NCBI GenBank assembly: GCA_965240325.2 | Contig: OZ251253.1 | Location: forward strand, 806,001 to 870,000 | DNA: 64,000 bases | Reading direction: 5' to 3' | Source: Rebecca billardiae RCC1528 | Lineage: Eukaryota > Protista > Haptophyta | In this document: piece after piece, positions 60,069 through 64,000 of the stretch | Numbering within the stretch: the stretch's first letter is position 1 | How the letters are laid out: the number at the start of each line of letters is the position of its first letter | Notes under the pieces: model-generated | The model's input: only the letters and a program-made list of their open reading frames with translations | Database searches by the model: none | Told to the model about the DNA's origin: nothing | Program-made: the position numbers and the translations under genes

Positions 60069-61645
60069 GCGCCCCGGCCGCGCGCTGCCCGCCGCGCTGC
60101 TGCGCGCCGCCACCGCCGCGGGCTCGCTCGGCCTCGGCCTGCCGGGCAGCAGCGGCACGCCCGGCGGCTCCAAGGCGCAGCGCGGGGCGAGCACGCCGCC
60201 GCCCTCGCCCGCCACCGCCTCGCCCGCGCCCGCGCGCCCGCCGGCCGGCGCCGCCGGCCCCGCCGCCGCCGTGCGCATCGGCGTCGCCGGGCTCGGCCGC
60301 GTCGGCCGCGCGCTCGTGCGCGCCGCGCTCGAGTCCGCGCAGCAGCCGCAGCAGCCGCAGGGCGGCGGCGCGCGCTGGTGCGTGTGCGCGATCAACGACC
60401 CGGCGCTCTCCGCGCAGCAGATGGCCTACCTGCTGGCGCACGACTCGGCCAGGGCGCAAGGCGAGCAGCTGCTCGCGCACGTGGGCGCGGACGGCAGCAG
60501 CCTCGAGCTGCGCGCGCCCGGCTGCACGGGCGCGCCCGCGGTGGTGCGCGTGGCGCACGCGCTCGACCCGGCGCAGAGCGCGTGGCGCGCGGCGGCCGTC
60601 GACGTCGTCGTCGTGTGCGACGCGCCGCGGCCGCCCTCGCTCGGCGCGCTGCACGGCCACCTGGCAGCGGGCGCCGCGCGCGTCGTCGTGGCGGGCGTGG
60701 CGGAGGCGGAGGTGCCGTGCTTCGTGCTCGGCGCCAACGAGCGCGCCCTCTCGTTCCGCACGCCCGTGCTCGCCACCGGCTGCGCGGGCGGGGGCTGCTG
60801 CGCGCCGCTGCTGCAGCTGCTCGACGAGGGGCCCGGACTCGAGGTGAGGCACAGCGGCGCGCGGCGCGCGGCGCGGCGCGCGCGCACCCACGGCCGCCGC
60901 GCCCCGCGCCCCGCCCTGCCCTCGCGCAGGCCGCCTCCATCGTGCTGGTGAGCGCCCTGGCCCCGGCGCAGAAGACGGTCGACGGGCCGGTCGGCCCCGC
61001 GCAGGGCGGCGCGTGGCGGCTCGGGCGCGGCGGCAGGCAGAACATCGTGCCCGCGCCCGCCACCGCCGCGGCCACGGTCGTGCAGGTGTGCGCGCGCGCA
61101 CACTGCACACGCGCGCGCGCGCGTCCGCGCGCACGCACTCGCCAACCTTACCCCCCGCCCCCTGCCCCCCCCCCGCCCGGTTCGTGCGTCAGGCCGTGCC
61201 GCGGCTGTCCGGCCGCGTGTGCAGCAGCGCGTACCACGTGCCCACCGCGGCCGTGTGCGCGGCCGACATCACGCTGCGCCTCAAGAGCCCCACGCCGCTG
61301 CCCAAGCTGCTCGGCGCACTCGAGCGCGCGGCCGCGGGCCGGCTCGCCTCTGTGCTCGGCGTGAGCGCGCAGCCGCTCGTCTCCGCCGACCACGCGGCCG
61401 AGCGGCGCTCGTGCGTGCTGGACGCAGAGGCGTGCCTCGCGCTGCCCGCGGGAGCCGAGCCGGGCGGCGGCGCGCGCACGCTCAAGCTGGTGTGCTGGTA
61501 CGACGAGCCGACCGCCTCGGCGCACCGCGCGCTCGACCTCGCCGCCGCGGCGCACACCGCCGCGCGCACGCCCTTCGCGGTGCTCATGCGCTCGGCGAGC
61601 GCGCTCGGCGCGGCGGGCGCCAAGCAGCCCGCCGCGCGCGCGTGA
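57347..61645 (+). CDS. Fusion protein: signal peptide, Cys/Trp lectin-like domain, Pro/Ala linker, degenerate phosphoglycerate kinase, degenerate GAPDH; introns 58383-58486, 58625-58751, 59244-59401, 60844-60929, 61086-61192
   Basis: PGK motifs GKRLLLRLDLNVPL, HLGRP, LLENVRF, DAFASAHRAHAS, LDLGP, GVFEFERF and GGD. GAPDH motifs IGVAGLGRVGR, AINDP, QKTVDGP, WRLGRGGRQNIVP and KLVCWYD. All five GT-AG introns preserve the frame, and there is no stop between the domains. Confidence 0.88.
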
Positions 61646-62783
61646 CGTGGCGCGCGCATGTCCGCCGCGCGGCCGGCCGCGTCCGCAGCCGCACCGCCCC
61701 GGCCCAGCATCCTGCCGGCGGATGCGCCGCCGCCGCTCTGCATGTTTGTCCGTCGTGACCGTCGTCGTCACCCCACCACCAGCCGCCCGCGCCGCCCACG
61801 CAACCGGCGCTCTTGCTGCCGTCGCGGAGCGCTGACAGGAGGCGCTCTAACTACTTGTCCACGGCTCAAGTCGCACTCATCAAGTTCCGAGGCGACGCCG
61901 CCCAGTGTCAGCGCGCTGTCGCGTCGTCTACTCACTAGCACCGCAGCGTCGGTAGTGCTGCAGTGATGCCTGCTGCGCGCTGCGCGTCCGGTCGCGTCCG
62001 TATGGACCCTCGGCGCGGGCTGATGCGCATGATGCATATGCGTGCGCGCGATGCGATATGACGAGCGCATCAGCGCGGTGGTACCGCCCGCGGTACTCAG
62101 CCGGTAGCCCGGTAATCTAATCCGGTCGCATATAGTAAAGACTGGCAGCGGGGGGGCTCAGCCCGCCCCTGCGCTCGCGGCCCGCGCCAAGTCACACTAG
62201 TGGCGGCCGCCTGCGCAGGCGTCAGGCGCAGGACCCGTAGCTATATATATATATATAATATATAATATATAAGCATCAGCAGCAGAAACTACTGAGACTC
62301 CGCAGGCGGTCGGGCTACCGAACGGCTATATATAAGAAACCGAGACTAGCCGTGAGATTTCTGACGACTTCTTATTGCCCGCGATTGCCTGTATGCGCTG
62401 CGCTGATGAGGCGGACGTGACGACGGCGACGATGACGACGATGACGCCGCGATGACGACGATGACGTGGTCGCCGCCGCCGCGCTGTACCGTACTGCGGG
62501 CGCCGCGCATCAATAAGCAGCGCGGCTGCTGCCGCTGGCGGGGCGCGTGGGCGGACGGAGGCGGCCGCGGTCGACGCCACCGTCTGGTGACTCGGCCTCC
62601 TGCTGCTGCGAGGCGCCCGCGTGACGACTGCGCGGCGCAGCCTGCCGACACGCGCGCGCCGCGAGGCGGCCGCGGCTCGCGGTCGGACGCGGCCGAGCGC
62701 CGGGGCTCCGGGCGGCGGCGCGTGCGGCGCGGTGGTTGGCGGGTGCGCACGCGTTCGCGGTGGCGTGCGCGCGCGCGCGCCCC

Positions 62784-64000
62784 TCACGAGAGGAACGTGT
62801 CGACCCACTTGAGCAGCGCGAGGTCGGCGAGCGCGCCGTCGCCGTCGCACAGCTCGCTCTCGTCGCCGCCGACGACGGCGGACGGCTCGGCCGCGCGCGC
62901 CGCCTCCCACACGGCGCAGCCGCAGTTGGCGAGCGCGGCGGCGGTGACGCCGGCGGCGCCGGGCGTGGCGGCGGCGGCCTGCGCGGCGGCCTCGCCCGCG
63001 CCCGCCGCCGCCGCGTCCGCGTCGGCGAGGCGCCAGACGTCGTCCCACGGCACAGACGCGGCTGTGCGCAGCGGCAGCAGCAGCCCGGCCGCCACCTCGC
63101 GCTCGAGCCCGCCGGGCGGCCACGCGAGCACGCCCTGCACGGGCAGCAGCTGGGAGGGCTGCGCGCGCCCGTCCTGCAGCGCCTGCGCCGCGCCGTCGCC
63201 GGGGAGCGAGCACACGCCCGAGCGGCCCACCGCCTCGCCGCCGAGCTCGGGCCCCGCGCGGTGCAGCCAGAGCAGCGCCTCGCCGCGCAGCGCGAGGTTG
63301 CCGCCGAACAGCACGTGCCGACGGCCGCCGCCGCCCGCGCCCGCCGCGCCGCCGCTCGGCTTGAAGCGCACGTGCGCGCCGGAGGGGCGGTTGAGCAGCA
63401 CGCCGACGCTGCCGCCGTCGCCCGCCTTGAGCAGCAGCACGAGCCCCTTGTGCAGCCACTGCCGCGAGAGCGTGAAGGCGCTGACCGCGCACGGCGCGCG
63501 CAGCACCACGCCCGCGGACAGCTGCACCGGCGCCTGCGCGCCCGCGCTCGCGGCGGCGGCGGCGGCGACGGCGGCGGCGGTGACGACGGGCGTGAGCGGC
63601 GCGGGGCGCAGGTTGGCGCGCACCCACTCGCCGAGCATGCGGTCGGCGAACGAGCCCGCCGACGCGTCCACCTCGGAGGCGCCGTGGCCCAGCCTGCGCA
63701 TCAGCCGCGCCCACAGCTCCACGCCGTCGCCCAGCCGGTCGCCCACGCCCTCCGCGCCGCCCTCGGCGCCGCCGCCGTCCGAGGCGCGGCCGAAGAGGAG
63801 CTCGCGCACGAGCGTGCCCGAGTCCGCCGCGGCGAGCCGCCACGACGAGCCCGTGGCCCGGTCGAGCTCGGACTGCAGCTGGCCGGGCCCCCAGCCCGCG
63901 TACCCGACGAAGCAGATGAAGTCGGAGGGGGAGGCGACGCCGTCGGCGCAGAGCTGCTTGGCGCACGCGCCCGAGGTGCAGTACACGCCGGGGAGGACGG
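62784..64000 (-). CDS. DUF179 (YqgE/AlgH-like) protein with two tandem domains, 5' end outside the window
   Basis: FVGYAGWGPGQLQSEL; second domain GSVGVLLNRPS..LFGG..GVLAWPPGGLEREV. Confidence 0.85.
   Translation of the reverse strand, partial: VLPGVYCTSGACAKQLCADGVASPSDFICFVGYAGWGPGQLQSELDRATGSSWRLAAADSGTLVRELLFGRASDGGGAEGGAEGVGDRLGDGVELWARLMRRLGHGASEVDASAGSFADRMLGEWVRANLRPAPLTPVVTAAAVAAAAAASAGAQAPVQLSAGVVLRAPCAVSAFTLSRQWLHKGLVLLLKAGDGGSVGVLLNRPSGAHVRFKPSGGAAGAGGGGRRHVLFGGNLALRGEALLWLHRAGPELGGEAVGRSGVCSLPGDGAAQALQDGRAQPSQLLPVQGVLAWPPGGLEREVAAGLLLPLRTAASVPWDDVWRLADADAAAAGAGEAAAQAAAATPGAAGVTAAALANCGCAVWEAARAAEPSAVVGGDESELCDGDGALADLALLKWVDTFLS

Overview
This is eukaryotic nuclear DNA, not prokaryotic. 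It is extremely GC/CpG-rich and has short GC-rich GT-AG introns. A bipartite plastid-targeting presequence on FabZ points to an alga with a complex red plastid; a haptophyte (Pavlovales-like) source is my inference from composition only. Host genes: a tandem-repeat AP2/Myb-like protein, a NO66/RIOX1-type JmjC oxygenase, a membrane protein with choice-of-anchor-L-like and PH-like domains, a HET/TIR-like plus LRR protein, an hnRNP-Q NURR-domain protein, FabZ, a sulfatase, an M41-like pseudoprotease, a giant coiled-coil/IQ protein, a signal-peptide PGK-GAPDH pseudoenzyme fusion, a DUF179 protein and tRNA-Leu(CAG). Roughly a third of the window is mobile or repetitive DNA. It includes a 6.3-kb hAT-like transposon whose ~1769-aa transposase carries chromo and Tudor-like domains and sits in a palindromic repeat just upstream of the tRNA. 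It also includes a non-autonomous Helitron, an 858-bp TIR element found twice and both times inside tandem repeats, a GAG-ended long-TIR element containing a ~1-kb foldback, two satellites, and two inverted copies of a 2.2-kb element with no TIR or TSD that encodes a conserved orphan 367-aa protein. Best novelty candidates: the PGK-GAPDH pseudoenzyme fusion, the orphan 2.2-kb element, and the chromatin-reader transposase. Most ORFs in the supplied track are GC-driven shadow frames. All domain calls come from motif recognition by eye, not database searches.
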